A stretch of 64,000 nt of DNA from positions 1-64,000 of the forward strand of contig JBGFSC010000018.1 of NCBI GenBank assembly GCA_041694815.1. Reading direction: 5' to 3'. The position numbers and the translations under genes are program-made. Below the pieces are notes generated by a model that saw nothing but the letters and a program-made list of their open reading frames with translations, ran no database searches and was not told where the DNA came from. Origin of the DNA: Elusimicrobiota bacterium. GTDB taxonomy: Bacteria; Elusimicrobiota; Elusimicrobia; UBA1565; JACRDR01. Positions 31,872-41,185 of this stretch are shown piece after piece. The first letter of the stretch is position 1. Each line of letters begins with the position of its first letter.

Positions 31872-33662
31872 ATGAATATCCGGAATTTCTCGATTATCGC
31901 CCATATCGACCACGGTAAATCGACCTTGGCCGACCGCCTCTTGGAGGCCACTGGCACCGTTTCCCGGCGCCAAATGCGCGACCAGATCATGGATTCCATG
32001 GAGCTTGAGCGAGAGCGAGGCATCACGATCAAGGCCAAGGCCGTGCGCATGCTCTATCGGGCTAAGGACGGGCGAGAGTTTATCTTCAACCTCATTGATA
32101 CGCCGGGCCACGTTGATTTCTCCTACGAGGTTTCGCGGGCCCTGGCGGCCTGCGAGGGGGCCCTGCTCGTCGTCGACGCCACACAAGGAGTCGAGGCCCA
32201 GACGCTGGCCAACGCCGAGCTGGCCTCTAGGCTCAACCTCAAACTGATCCCGGTCGTCAACAAGATAGACTTACCCTCCGCGGACGTGGAGAAAACGGAG
32301 GAGCAGATCCTCGAGGCGCTCAAGATATTCGAGGACCCAGTACGGGTGAGCGCGAAGGAGGGCAAGGGCGTTGAGGAGGTGCTCGAGGCCGTGCTCCGGC
32401 TCCCGCCGCCGCCGGACGATTCGGCCGCGCCGCTGGCCGCGCTTATCTTCGATTCCCAATTCGACCCATACCGCGGCGTTATCCTGTTCGTGCGTGTCGT
32501 CCGGGGGACCTTGCGCAAGGGACTCAAGATACGCTTCTTCTCCACCCGACACGGCGCGACGGTCGAGGAGATCGGTCATTTCACGCCTGCGAAATCGCCG
32601 GCTCCGTCCCTGTCGGCGGGTGAGGTGGGCTATCTCGTCTGCGGGATCAAGGATATCCACCAAGTGCGCGTGGGCGACACCGTCATCGAGATGGACCGCC
32701 CCCTGAGCGAGCCCCTGCCCGGCTACCGCGAGGCCAAGCCCGTGGTCTTCGCCGGAATATTCCCGATCAACGCGGCTGATTATCCATCGCTCAAGGGAGC
32801 TCTCGAGAAGCTCAACCTGGAAGACTCCTCCTTCGTCTACCAGGTCGAGACTTCCCAGGCCCTGGGCTTCGGCTACCGCCTCGGCTTCCTCGGACTGCTG
32901 CACATGGACATCATTAAGGAGCGCCTCGAGAGGGAGTTCGATCTCAACTTGATCGTGACGAGCCCTAACGTCGTCTTCCAGGTGAGGAAAAAGGGCGAGG
33001 AACAGCACCGGCAGATGGATAATCCCGCCAAGTTTCCGCATTACGGCGATATCGAGTCGATCCGGGAGCCTTACGTTTCGGTTACGATCGTGCTGCCCGT
33101 GGGCTATCAGGAATCGGTCATGAATCTCCTCAAAGACCGCCGGGGCGAGCATCAGTCGGTCGAATATATCGCCAACGACCGCATGATTATCCGCTACGAG
33201 CTCCCCCTGGCGGAGATGGTGCTGGATTTCTATGATAAGCTCAAATCGGTGTCCAAGGGTTATGCCTCCTTCGACTACAATCCCTCGGAGTACCGCGAAT
33301 CCGACTTGACGAAGCTCGATATACTTATCCACGGGGAGGTCGTCGACGCCCTCTCCCAGATCGTGCACCGTTCGAAGGCGCAGTCCATGGCCAAGGCGCT
33401 TTGCGAAAAGCTCAAGGAGCTCATCCCCCGACAGAATTTCGAGGTCGCCATCCAGGGGCGCGTGGATGGGCGCATCATCTCGCGCGAGACCATTCCGGCT
33501 GCGCGCAAGGACGTGCTCGCCAAATGCTACGGGGGCGACATCACGCGCAAGCGCAAGCTGCTCGAGAAGCAAAAGGAAGGCAAGAAGCGAGCCAAGCAAT
33601 TGGGGGCCGTCGAAATCCCGCAAGAGGCTTTTTTGGCCGTGCTGAAAATCAACCAGGGGTGA
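31872..33662 (+). CDS. lepA: Translation elongation factor 4
   Basis: NIRNFSIIAHIDHGKSTLADR, DTPGHVDF, GFLGLLH, KCYGGDITRKRKLL. Confidence 0.98.
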   Translation: MNIRNFSIIAHIDHGKSTLADRLLEATGTVSRRQMRDQIMDSMELERERGITIKAKAVRMLYRAKDGREFIFNLIDTPGHVDFSYEVSRALAACEGALLVVDATQGVEAQTLANAELASRLNLKLIPVVNKIDLPSADVEKTEEQILEALKIFEDPVRVSAKEGKGVEEVLEAVLRLPPPPDDSAAPLAALIFDSQFDPYRGVILFVRVVRGTLRKGLKIRFFSTRHGATVEEIGHFTPAKSPAPSLSAGEVGYLVCGIKDIHQVRVGDTVIEMDRPLSEPLPGYREAKPVVFAGIFPINAADYPSLKGALEKLNLEDSSFVYQVETSQALGFGYRLGFLGLLHMDIIKERLEREFDLNLIVTSPNVVFQVRKKGEEQHRQMDNPAKFPHYGDIESIREPYVSVTIVLPVGYQESVMNLLKDRRGEHQSVEYIANDRMIIRYELPLAEMVLDFYDKLKSVSKGYASFDYNPSEYRESDLTKLDILIHGEVVDALSQIVHRSKAQSMAKALCEKLKELIPRQNFEVAIQGRVDGRIISRETIPAARKDVLAKCYGGDITRKRKLLEKQKEGKKRAKQLGAVEIPQEAFLAVLKINQG

Positions 33663-33664
33663 AC

Positions 33665-34660
33665 ATGGAAGAACGCTTATTTTGGATCGGGGCGGCGATG
33701 GGCCTCTACGCCTGGGGCACGCGCTGGGCGGTCGCCAGGGGGCGGCTGGACACGCGCTGGGGTACGACGCTCTGGCACGCGCTTTTCTGCGCCGCGGCTG
33801 GATTCGCCTCCAGTCTTATCGCCGTGATGTCGATCGAGAGCCGTTCGCGATTTTCCTCGATCGTCGTGGGCGCTCTTTCGGCGCGCGAGCTCGGCTATAG
33901 CCTGGCGGGGGCGGCCGCCCTTGGGATTTGGGGGTTGGTAAGCGCCTACCGCAACGGGGCGAGTGCGGAGGGCCGGAAGCACTATCATGACGAGGACTTG
34001 GAATGGGCAGAGACCGTGTTCTCGGCGGTGCTTCTGGCCTCGGTGATGATGTATCTCGTGGTCCAGGCCTTCAAGATCCCCTCCGGTTCGATGCGCAGCA
34101 CGCTGCTCGAGGGGGACCACTTGTTCGTCAATAAGTTCATCTACGGCGTTCGGATTCCGTTCACCCGCGCGCGGGTGCTGCGCTTTAAGCCGATTTCCCG
34201 CGGGGACATCGTCGTGTTCCGTTTCCCGACGGAGGACCCGGAGGATATCCATTGCGGCAGCGTCCAGTACGGCAAGGATTTCATCAAGCGCGCCGTCGGC
34301 ATACCGGGCGACACGATCGAGGTCCGGGAAGGCCGCCTGTTTGTTAACGGCGCCGCCGCCGGGCCGGAGCCCTACGCGCAATACGTCGACGTGATGCGGC
34401 AGCCGGGACCCGACTTCCGGCTGGCCCCGCAGGAGTACCAGCGGGCGTGGCAGGAGCACCAGCTCGACCGGCGCTTGGATGACAGGGTCCGGGACCAGTT
34501 CGGGCCCGTGGTCGTGCCGCAAGGAAGTTATTTCATGATGGGAGACAATCGCGACCGTTCCTGCGATTCGAGATTCTGGGGACCGGTGGAGGATCACTTT
34601 GTTAAAGGCAAGGCTTGGGTTATTTATTGGCCTCTCTCTCGCATGGGCCGCGTCCAGTAA
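33665..34660 (+). CDS. lepB: Signal peptidase I with multi-TM N-terminal extension
   Basis: IPSGSM (Ser), FIKR (Lys), GDNRDRS.DSRFWG; follows lepA. Confidence 0.93.
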   Translation: MEERLFWIGAAMGLYAWGTRWAVARGRLDTRWGTTLWHALFCAAAGFASSLIAVMSIESRSRFSSIVVGALSARELGYSLAGAAALGIWGLVSAYRNGASAEGRKHYHDEDLEWAETVFSAVLLASVMMYLVVQAFKIPSGSMRSTLLEGDHLFVNKFIYGVRIPFTRARVLRFKPISRGDIVVFRFPTEDPEDIHCGSVQYGKDFIKRAVGIPGDTIEVREGRLFVNGAAAGPEPYAQYVDVMRQPGPDFRLAPQEYQRAWQEHQLDRRLDDRVRDQFGPVVVPQGSYFMMGDNRDRSCDSRFWGPVEDHFVKGKAWVIYWPLSRMGRVQ

Positions 34661-35906
34661 GGCGGCCCCGCAGCGGCCAGCGGTGCTGGTGGCCCCGTTT
34701 TCCGGGGTCATCAGCCCGGTGGCCGCGGAGTTTTTGATCGACGCGGTGGCCTCCGCGGCCTCGGGAGGCTACGAGGCGCTCGTCATCGAGCTCGACACGC
34801 CCGGCGGTTTGGACCCCTCGATGCGGCTCATCGTTAAGTCGATTCTCGGTTCGCCGGTGCCGGTTGTCGTCTACGTCGCTCCCTCGGGCGCGCGGGCGGC
34901 CTCGGCAGGGGCGTTCATCACCTTGGCGGCCCACGTCGCCGCCATGGCGCCCGGCACCAACATCGGCGCCGCGCACCCCGTCGCCCTCCCGAGCAGTATC
35001 ATGGATGCCGGACAGAAAAAGCAGGACTCGGTGATGGAGGGCAAGATGGTCAACGACGCCGCGGCCTACTTGCGCTCCATCGCCAAGCAGCGCGGGCGCA
35101 ACGAGGAATGGGCCGCCCAAGCCGTTTCCAAAAGCGTCTCGCTGCCCGCCGAGGAGGCCGTCCGCCAGAACGTGGCGGATCTCGTGTCCCCGTCGCTGGA
35201 GGACCTGCTCAAGGCCTTAGACGGCAGGCGCCTGCCGGGTTGGCAGGACCCGCTGCGCCTGGCTTCGGCGCGCATCGAGCGTTTTCCAATGACGCGTAGG
35301 CAGCGCTGGCTCTCGGCGTTGAGCGATCCCAACGTCGCGATGATACTCATGTCCTTGGGGGCCGCTGGGCTCTTCATCGAGCTCTACAGCCCCGGGCTGA
35401 TCTTTCCGGGAGTCGTGGGGGCCGTATCGTTGGTGCTGGCCTTCTACTCGTTCCAGACCCTCTCGGCCAACTACGCGGGAGTGATTCTCATTCTCTTGGG
35501 CATGCTTTTCTTCGCCTTGGAGGTGAAGCTGGCCAGCGCCGGGCTGATGGCCTTGGCCGGAGCGGTGTCGACGCTTTTAGGAGCCCTGCTGCTTTTTCCC
35601 AACCAGATCGGGGGACTGCGGGTGGCGTGGTCGACGCTGGGCGGCCTGGTGGCCGTCATGGCCGCCGGCGCCCTATTTTCCTCCGTGCTCCTCTACCGGC
35701 TCCAGCGGCGCAAGGGCGAGACCGGCGCCGAGGGGATGTTGGGGCAGAAAGGAGTCGCCGTGACGGTTCTGGGCCCTAAAGGTAAGGTTCAGGTGTCGGG
35801 GGAGTTATGGGATGCCGAGGCGGTTTCGGGGACGATACCTGAGGGAGCCGATATCGTCGTCGAAAAAGTTGAGGGACTGTTGCTCAAGGTTGCCTTGCCT
35901 AAATGA
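34599..35906 (+). CDS. nfeD: NfeD-family membrane serine protease
   Basis: LDTPGG, AASAG..I, MAPGTNIGAAHP, TM block, C-terminal GKVQVSGELWDA. Start approximate. Confidence 0.9.
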   Translation: MLKARLGLFIGLSLAWAASSKAAPQRPAVLVAPFSGVISPVAAEFLIDAVASAASGGYEALVIELDTPGGLDPSMRLIVKSILGSPVPVVVYVAPSGARAASAGAFITLAAHVAAMAPGTNIGAAHPVALPSSIMDAGQKKQDSVMEGKMVNDAAAYLRSIAKQRGRNEEWAAQAVSKSVSLPAEEAVRQNVADLVSPSLEDLLKALDGRRLPGWQDPLRLASARIERFPMTRRQRWLSALSDPNVAMILMSLGAAGLFIELYSPGLIFPGVVGAVSLVLAFYSFQTLSANYAGVILILLGMLFFALEVKLASAGLMALAGAVSTLLGALLLFPNQIGGLRVAWSTLGGLVAVMAAGALFSSVLLYRLQRRKGETGAEGMLGQKGVAVTVLGPKGKVQVSGELWDAEAVSGTIPEGADIVVEKVEGLLLKVALPK

Positions 35907-36946
35907 CATGGATGCATTCAGAGATATTGGAGCAGCCGCATGTCGTTGCCAAGATATTCGATCGAGAATCTTCCCGCGCGGCGGCCATCGGAGAGAGGCT
36001 TAGGAGCAAATCCTTCCGTTCGTGCGTCTTTGTCGCGCGGGGGAGTTCCGATCATGCCGCGATCTTCGGCCGATACCTTGTTGAATCCTTTTGCGGTATC
36101 CCAACCGCTTTAGCCGCGCCCTCCATCGCCACGCTTTATCGCCGCGGAGTCGATCTCTCGGGATCCGTCGCGATCGGGGTCAGCCAATCGGGACGCTCGG
36201 CCGACGTCGTCGAATACCTGCGCCGCGCCCGGCGCTGGGGCGCGTGGGCCTTGGCGGTGACCAACGATCCTCATTCGCCCTTGGCGGAAGCGGCGCAGGA
36301 CGTCCTGTTGTGTCATGCCGGTGTCGAGCGCAGCGTAGCCGCGACCAAGACCTTCACGGCTCAGCTGGCCTGTCTCTATCTATTGGCCTCCGCCTGGGCG
36401 GGAGGCTCGATCCAAAAGCGCCTGCTTCGAGCATTCGCCGATGTCCCTCGGCTTCTCCGCGCGGCCCTACGCTGCGAGCAGCGGATCGCGGAGGCGGCGC
36501 GGCGCATCGGCGACGCCGACCGTTGCGTGGTGCTGGCTCGGGGTTTTTCCTTCCCTATCGCCTTAGAGACAGCGCTCAAGATGCAGGAGGCCGCCGGCAT
36601 GCCGGCGCAGGGAGCCTCCGCAGCGGATTTCCTTCACGGCCCCGTCGCGGGCGTGGGGGAAGGGGATTGCGTGCTCGCATTGGCTCCCGCGGGGCCGGGA
36701 CTGCCCTCGCTGCGCCGCGCGGCCGCGCGCATCCGGCGCGCGGGAGCCGAGCTCGTCGCCTTTGGCTCGGATGCGGCGCTGCTTCGCCTCGCGGACAACC
36801 GTGTGCGCCTGGCCGCTGGCCCGGAGCCCGTTTCGGCCTTGCCGATGGCCGTCTGCGGCCAGTTGGTCGCCTATCATCTGGCGCGCTTTAAGGGTGCTAA
36901 CCCCGACCGTCCCCGCGGCCTGCGCAAAGTCACCAAAACCTGGTAG
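35903..36946 (+). CDS. Double-SIS sugar-phosphate isomerase/deaminase (GlmS C-terminal-like)
   Basis: EILEQP, ARGSS, SQSGRS, SVAATKTF, ETALKMQE, HGP, PRGLRKVT. Confidence 0.9.
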   Translation: MTWMHSEILEQPHVVAKIFDRESSRAAAIGERLRSKSFRSCVFVARGSSDHAAIFGRYLVESFCGIPTALAAPSIATLYRRGVDLSGSVAIGVSQSGRSADVVEYLRRARRWGAWALAVTNDPHSPLAEAAQDVLLCHAGVERSVAATKTFTAQLACLYLLASAWAGGSIQKRLLRAFADVPRLLRAALRCEQRIAEAARRIGDADRCVVLARGFSFPIALETALKMQEAAGMPAQGASAADFLHGPVAGVGEGDCVLALAPAGPGLPSLRRAAARIRRAGAELVAFGSDAALLRLADNRVRLAAGPEPVSALPMAVCGQLVAYHLARFKGANPDRPRGLRKVTKTW

Positions 36947-36955
36947 TTTTTCATT

Positions 36956-36993
36956 GGTGCCAGGCATCCACTTTCTATACTTTGTTGACTTTC
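36956..36993 (+). repeat. Solo arm of the GGTGCCAGGCATCCACTTTCTA repeat family
   Basis: 34/37 identical to the reverse complement of the right arm of the 62831-62916 palindrome. Confidence 0.85.
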
Positions 36994-37003
36994 TCCACAT
37001 CCC

Positions 37004-37093
37004 AGGCCATTTGACCTAGAAAAATTAGGCCCAAAGACTAGAAAAGCTTGGGCCATTGGCCTCTGTGCAAAGAAGGCTTAAGGTACCTACAAT
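37004..37093 (+). promoter_or_regulatory. Three tandem RGGNC-N4-GNCCY boxes plus -10 TACAAT
   Basis: AGGCC-ATTT-GACCT 37004, AGGCC-CAAA-GACTA 37027, TGGGC-CATT-GGCCT 37049, TACAAT 37088. Confidence 0.65.
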
Positions 37094-37114
37094 AGCCCTA
37101 TCAACGGGGGATTT

Positions 37115-37906
37115 ATGAATAGATGGATAGCTATATTCTTCCTGGGAACAGCCATTTCAAGCTACAGCGAATCGCCGTCGAGCGACGAGAGCTTCGCTCG
37201 GTCGGCGCAGGAGCTCAGCGATAAAGCCAAGCGTTCCCGCCGATTAAGCCGCAAGGACATCGAGGAGGTGATCGCCCGGGAGATGCCCGGCGCGCGGATC
37301 GTCGAGCGCTGCCGTGTCCCGGCGAATCTTCGCGAGCATTCCGTTCCCGCCGGGGATATCCAGACAGTCAGAAAGCGCCTTATGAACGGCATCAACAAGG
37401 GAACCTGCAAGTCTATTATCGAGGCGATGGGTGTTCTTAATGATCTTTCAGATCATGAGCAATTAGTGTTCGGCCGTTGCGATAGTTGTGAATTCATCGT
37501 TCGCAAGCCTCTCGGTGAAGCGATCGAAATCCTCCTCAAGGGAGAGGAAGACGCCGTGTTCGAGGCCCGCGCTAAGTTAATGCAGGCGCTGGTCAATCTT
37601 GTCGGTTTTAAAGGCGAGGCCCGGCACGGTCGGTTTAAGGTCGTCGATGGCCGGCTCGTGACGCTGACGCCGGAGCAGGAAAAGGAAGAGTTGGCTCGGC
37701 GCCTGGAAGGCACCGTTCAGTCGCCTCCGATCGAGCACATGCAGGCCAGCTTGCTGATTCGCGAGCGCTATCCGGGCGCGAAAATCTTAGAGTACCACGT
37801 AGAGGGTTATGCCAAGGAATTGTCGGGGACCGTCGTTATCGACGATAGCGGTGTAAAGAGAACCGTATTCATCGAAAAGCAGCGCATCGTTCGTTCCGTT
37901 CCGTAA
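37115..37906 (+). CDS. Exported hypothetical protein
   Basis: GGGGA SD; signal peptide MNRWIAIFFLGTAISSYS; no family recognised. Confidence 0.7.
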   Translation: MNRWIAIFFLGTAISSYSESPSSDESFARSAQELSDKAKRSRRLSRKDIEEVIAREMPGARIVERCRVPANLREHSVPAGDIQTVRKRLMNGINKGTCKSIIEAMGVLNDLSDHEQLVFGRCDSCEFIVRKPLGEAIEILLKGEEDAVFEARAKLMQALVNLVGFKGEARHGRFKVVDGRLVTLTPEQEKEELARRLEGTVQSPPIEHMQASLLIRERYPGAKILEYHVEGYAKELSGTVVIDDSGVKRTVFIEKQRIVRSVP

Positions 37907-37912
37907 TCGGTG

Positions 37913-37941
37913 ATTGGAGGTCACAGATTGTGACCTCCAAT
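37913..37941. repeat. Perfect 13-bp-stem palindrome between convergent genes (possible bidirectional terminator)
   Basis: ATTGGAGGTCACA-GAT-TGTGACCTCCAAT; a related copy is at 10288-10308. Confidence 0.7.
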
Positions 37942-37952
37942 TCCACATCCCG

Positions 37953-38312
37953 CTAAAGGAACTCTTCGATCGTCTCGAGGAGCAGGTCGGTGTCGGTCTG
38001 CTTGTTGAGTATCCTGGCCTTCAGCGAGTCCGGCACGAGCCGGCGGGCCTGGTCCTCGCTGACCGCCGTCAGGAAGATCACGGGAATATTGGCCGTTTTG
38101 GGGTCGGCCTGCAGGGCCTTGCAGGCGGTGGACCCGTAGGCCCCCGGCATCATGAGGTCGGCGACGATGAGGTGGGGCAGCCAGCTTTTAGCCTTCTCGA
38201 CCAATTGCACGCCGTCGGAGACCGAGGCGACCTCGTAGCCGCGGGCCTCGAGAATGTCGGTCAAGGCCGAGAGGATGTTGGGCGAGTCGTCAGCCAGGAG
38301 TATCCGGCTCAT
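37953..38312 (-). CDS. Single-domain response regulator (CheY-like)
   Basis: ILLADD, ADLMMP, PVIFLTA, K. Confidence 0.9.
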   Translation of the reverse strand: MSRILLADDSPNILSALTDILEARGYEVASVSDGVQLVEKAKSWLPHLIVADLMMPGAYGSTACKALQADPKTANIPVIFLTAVSEDQARRLVPDSLKARILNKQTDTDLLLETIEEFL

Positions 38313-38692
38313 GCCGCTTTGGCGGAGGGCGGGGCGAGGAGATCGGAGACGGCCTTAAGCAGCGCCAGCGGCTCCACCGGCTTAAACAGCAATCGGGACC
38401 GGGGCGTCTCCGCCACGACCTTGCGCGCCTGGGCCTCCGGAACGGCCGTCAGGAAGATGACGGGGATCGAGGCGGTGACCGGGTCCTCCTGCAGCGCCTT
38501 GTAGGCGGCAGAGCCGTAGGCCCCGGGCATCATGAGGTCGGCGATGATGAGGTGGGGACGCCAGGTCTTTGATTTCTCGATCATCTCGACTCCGTCGTGC
38601 ACGGAGACCACCTGATGCCCGCGCGACTCGAGGATATCGGTCAAGAGCAATACGATCTCCGGCACGTCGTCGGCGACCATGATCAAGGCCAT
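38309..38692 (-). CDS. Single-domain response regulator (paralogue of its neighbour)
   Basis: IMVADD, ADLMMP, PVIFLTA, FKP; ATG overlaps the upstream stop. Confidence 0.9.
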   Translation of the reverse strand: MALIMVADDVPEIVLLLTDILESRGHQVVSVHDGVEMIEKSKTWRPHLIIADLMMPGAYGSAAYKALQEDPVTASIPVIFLTAVPEAQARKVVAETPRSRLLFKPVEPLALLKAVSDLLAPPSAKAA

Positions 38693-41178
38693 CAGAGCGA
38701 CAGCAGAGCGCTCTGCAGGTGGTAATAGGGGGGGCGGGCGCGGTAGCGCTGGATGGCTTCCTTGAGGATCTCGCCGATGAACTGCTCGTAGCTGAGCCCG
38801 ATCATCTCGGCGCACGCGGGAACGCAGTCGCCCCGATTGATGGACGGATTCGGGTTGATCTCGAGCACGTAGGGGTTTCCCGAGCGGTCGACGCGTACCT
38901 CGATGCGGGCGTAGTCGTGGCAGTCGAAGATGTTGTAGGCGTCGAGGCATATCTCCGAGATGAGCGCCGTAAGCTTCTGCGAATAGCGCGCGGGCCGCTC
39001 GGTGCGGATCTTCTCGTAGACCGGGTCCTCGGACCATTTGGCCTTGAAGGGATAGATGTGCCAGAAGCCCTGCGGCATCTCATCGAAGACGCTTCGCGAC
39101 AAGGGGAGGGCCTTGACCCGCTCCTCGTTGCCCATGATGCTGACGTCGACCTCGTCGCCGTCGATGAACTCCTCGATGAGCACGGGGCGGTGGAACTGGG
39201 TCAGGATGAGGTTCACCTGCTCCTTTAAATCCTTGAGGCTCGTGACCACCGATTTGTTGGAGATGCCGATGGAGTTGTCGGTGTTGGCCGGCTTGACGAT
39301 GAGCGGGTAGCGAAGGTCCTCCCGGATCGGCTCCTCCGCCTGGAAGACGTAATCGAACTTGGGGGTCGGGATTTCGTGGTACTCGAGCACCTTCTTGACC
39401 TTGATCTTGTCGATGCACAGCGCCAGGGTTAGGGGGTTGGAGCCGGTGTAGGGGATGCCGAGGCAGTCGAGCATCGCGGCGGCGTGGGGCTCGAGCAGCG
39501 AGGAGTTGTTGATGCGCTCGCAGACGTTGAAGACGAGGTCCACGTTCGCCTCGGCGATCTTGTCGAAAGGCAGGGGCGTCTCGTTCATGTCGAAGAAAGT
39601 CACCCGGTGGCCCATCGACTCGAGCGCCTTCTGGATATTGAGCCCCACGGAGGTCAGGTCCTGGTGCACCGCCGCCTCGGAGGAGCCGTCCTCGTTCTCG
39701 CCGGCGGTCTCCTCGTAGCGGTTGCAGAGTATGCCGACGTGCAACGATCCCAGGGCCTTGGTGTCGACGCTGCGGATCTTCTCGAGCCTTGCCGATTGCA
39801 CGATCCGCCGGCGGGCGACCTGCGCGGCGTTGAACCGGTTGCGGCGCCTCGTCTTGCCGATGGTGGAGGTCGAGTCAAAGCGGGCGATGGTGACGTGCAC
39901 CTGCCGCATGGCGTCGTCCAAGTTTTGCTCGGCCTCGGCGTAGGTGTTTCCGCGGCCGACCAGCCAGCCGATGGCCTCGAATCCCTCGGGCGGCACGAGC
40001 ACGGGATCGCCGATCTCCTTGAGCAGCGTGATATCGTGGATCGAATCGCTGACCGGGGGGTCCTGCTCGGAGCCGGCCTGCGGCGTCGTCAGGCCGCTGA
40101 TGACGCCCGAGGAGGAGGGAATCAGGTAAGCGCCGACGAGATGGGTCAGCGCCTCCTTAGGCCGCTTGGGCTCGCAGGGCATTCCCATCGCGATCTTGAG
40201 CGATTCCTCGATCATGTCCACGCCCCAGACGTTGCGGACCCAGTCGTAGATGTAGTCGCCGCCCATGCGGGCGTTGAGTTCCACGAGCTTGGGACCCGTG
40301 GGCGATATCTTGGCCTCCACGTGCAGCGCCCCGTTCGTGAGGCCCAGGGCCTTCGTGACCTCGCGTCCCATCGTAAGCACGGCCTCCAGGTCCGAAGCCT
40401 CGTGCCGGGAGGGCATCGCGTCGCCCGTCTCGACGAAAAAGGGCTCCTTCGTTGGGAAGTTGTCCGTGAAGGAGTGGAACTTGATCTTGCCGTCCTGCAC
40501 GAGAAGGTCAAGGTCTACCTCGGCGCCCTGCAGGTAGCCCTCGCAGAGTATCTCCGTCCCGTAGGTGTAAATGGAGTCGAACTTGGGCGTCATGTTCGCC
40601 CGGATGTATTCGAAGGCGTTGACGGCCTCCTCGAGGTTCTCCAGGCGCACGACGAACTGGCTCTTCTCTCCCCAAGCCGGCTTGAGAACGCAGGGAAACC
40701 CGATGCGGGAGGTCTCGCGCTTCAAGTCGCGAAGGCTCTTGATCTCGGCGAAGGGAACGGAGTATTTCGAAAGACCGGCGTCTTCCAGGACCCGGCGGGT
40801 GCGCAGCTTGTTGCGCGCGTTGAGGGCCGCCTCCGGCGAGTGCCCGATCCAGCCGAAGCGCTCGCAGAGCACGGCGGCCAAGGGGATGTCCTCCTCGAAG
40901 AAGGTCAGCACGCCGTCGATCGCGGCCGCCTTGAGGTGCTCCTCCGTCTGGCCGATGCACTCGGCCTGATCCAGGGTGTCGGCGGAAAGCAAGGTGTCGG
41001 CGTAGCGTCCCGCCCAATTGTTCTCCTTGTTGAGAAGGACGATCCGTAGCCCGAGGCTCTTTAACTTCTGGAAGATAAAGCGCTTCTTGGGCGGGCCCGA
41101 ATTGACGACGAGCAGCGACTTGCCCTTGAAAAGGTCGGCCGTCTCGACGGGGGCGTCGCTGGAAGCGGCAGAGAGCAT
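38692..41178 (-). CDS. Double ATP-grasp protein: L-amino-acid-ligase-like N-half fused to D-Ala-D-Ala-ligase-like C-half
   Basis: N-half: RNK, PCVLKP, LVELNARMGG. C-half: VFNVCE, GIPYTGS, IDK, PLIVKP..SIGI, YARIEVR, VLEINPNP. Confidence 0.88.
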   Translation of the reverse strand: MLSAASSDAPVETADLFKGKSLLVVNSGPPKKRFIFQKLKSLGLRIVLLNKENNWAGRYADTLLSADTLDQAECIGQTEEHLKAAAIDGVLTFFEEDIPLAAVLCERFGWIGHSPEAALNARNKLRTRRVLEDAGLSKYSVPFAEIKSLRDLKRETSRIGFPCVLKPAWGEKSQFVVRLENLEEAVNAFEYIRANMTPKFDSIYTYGTEILCEGYLQGAEVDLDLLVQDGKIKFHSFTDNFPTKEPFFVETGDAMPSRHEASDLEAVLTMGREVTKALGLTNGALHVEAKISPTGPKLVELNARMGGDYIYDWVRNVWGVDMIEESLKIAMGMPCEPKRPKEALTHLVGAYLIPSSSGVISGLTTPQAGSEQDPPVSDSIHDITLLKEIGDPVLVPPEGFEAIGWLVGRGNTYAEAEQNLDDAMRQVHVTIARFDSTSTIGKTRRRNRFNAAQVARRRIVQSARLEKIRSVDTKALGSLHVGILCNRYEETAGENEDGSSEAAVHQDLTSVGLNIQKALESMGHRVTFFDMNETPLPFDKIAEANVDLVFNVCERINNSSLLEPHAAAMLDCLGIPYTGSNPLTLALCIDKIKVKKVLEYHEIPTPKFDYVFQAEEPIREDLRYPLIVKPANTDNSIGISNKSVVTSLKDLKEQVNLILTQFHRPVLIEEFIDGDEVDVSIMGNEERVKALPLSRSVFDEMPQGFWHIYPFKAKWSEDPVYEKIRTERPARYSQKLTALISEICLDAYNIFDCHDYARIEVRVDRSGNPYVLEINPNPSINRGDCVPACAEMIGLSYEQFIGEILKEAIQRYRARPPYYHLQSALLSL

Positions 41179-41185
41179 GAACCCA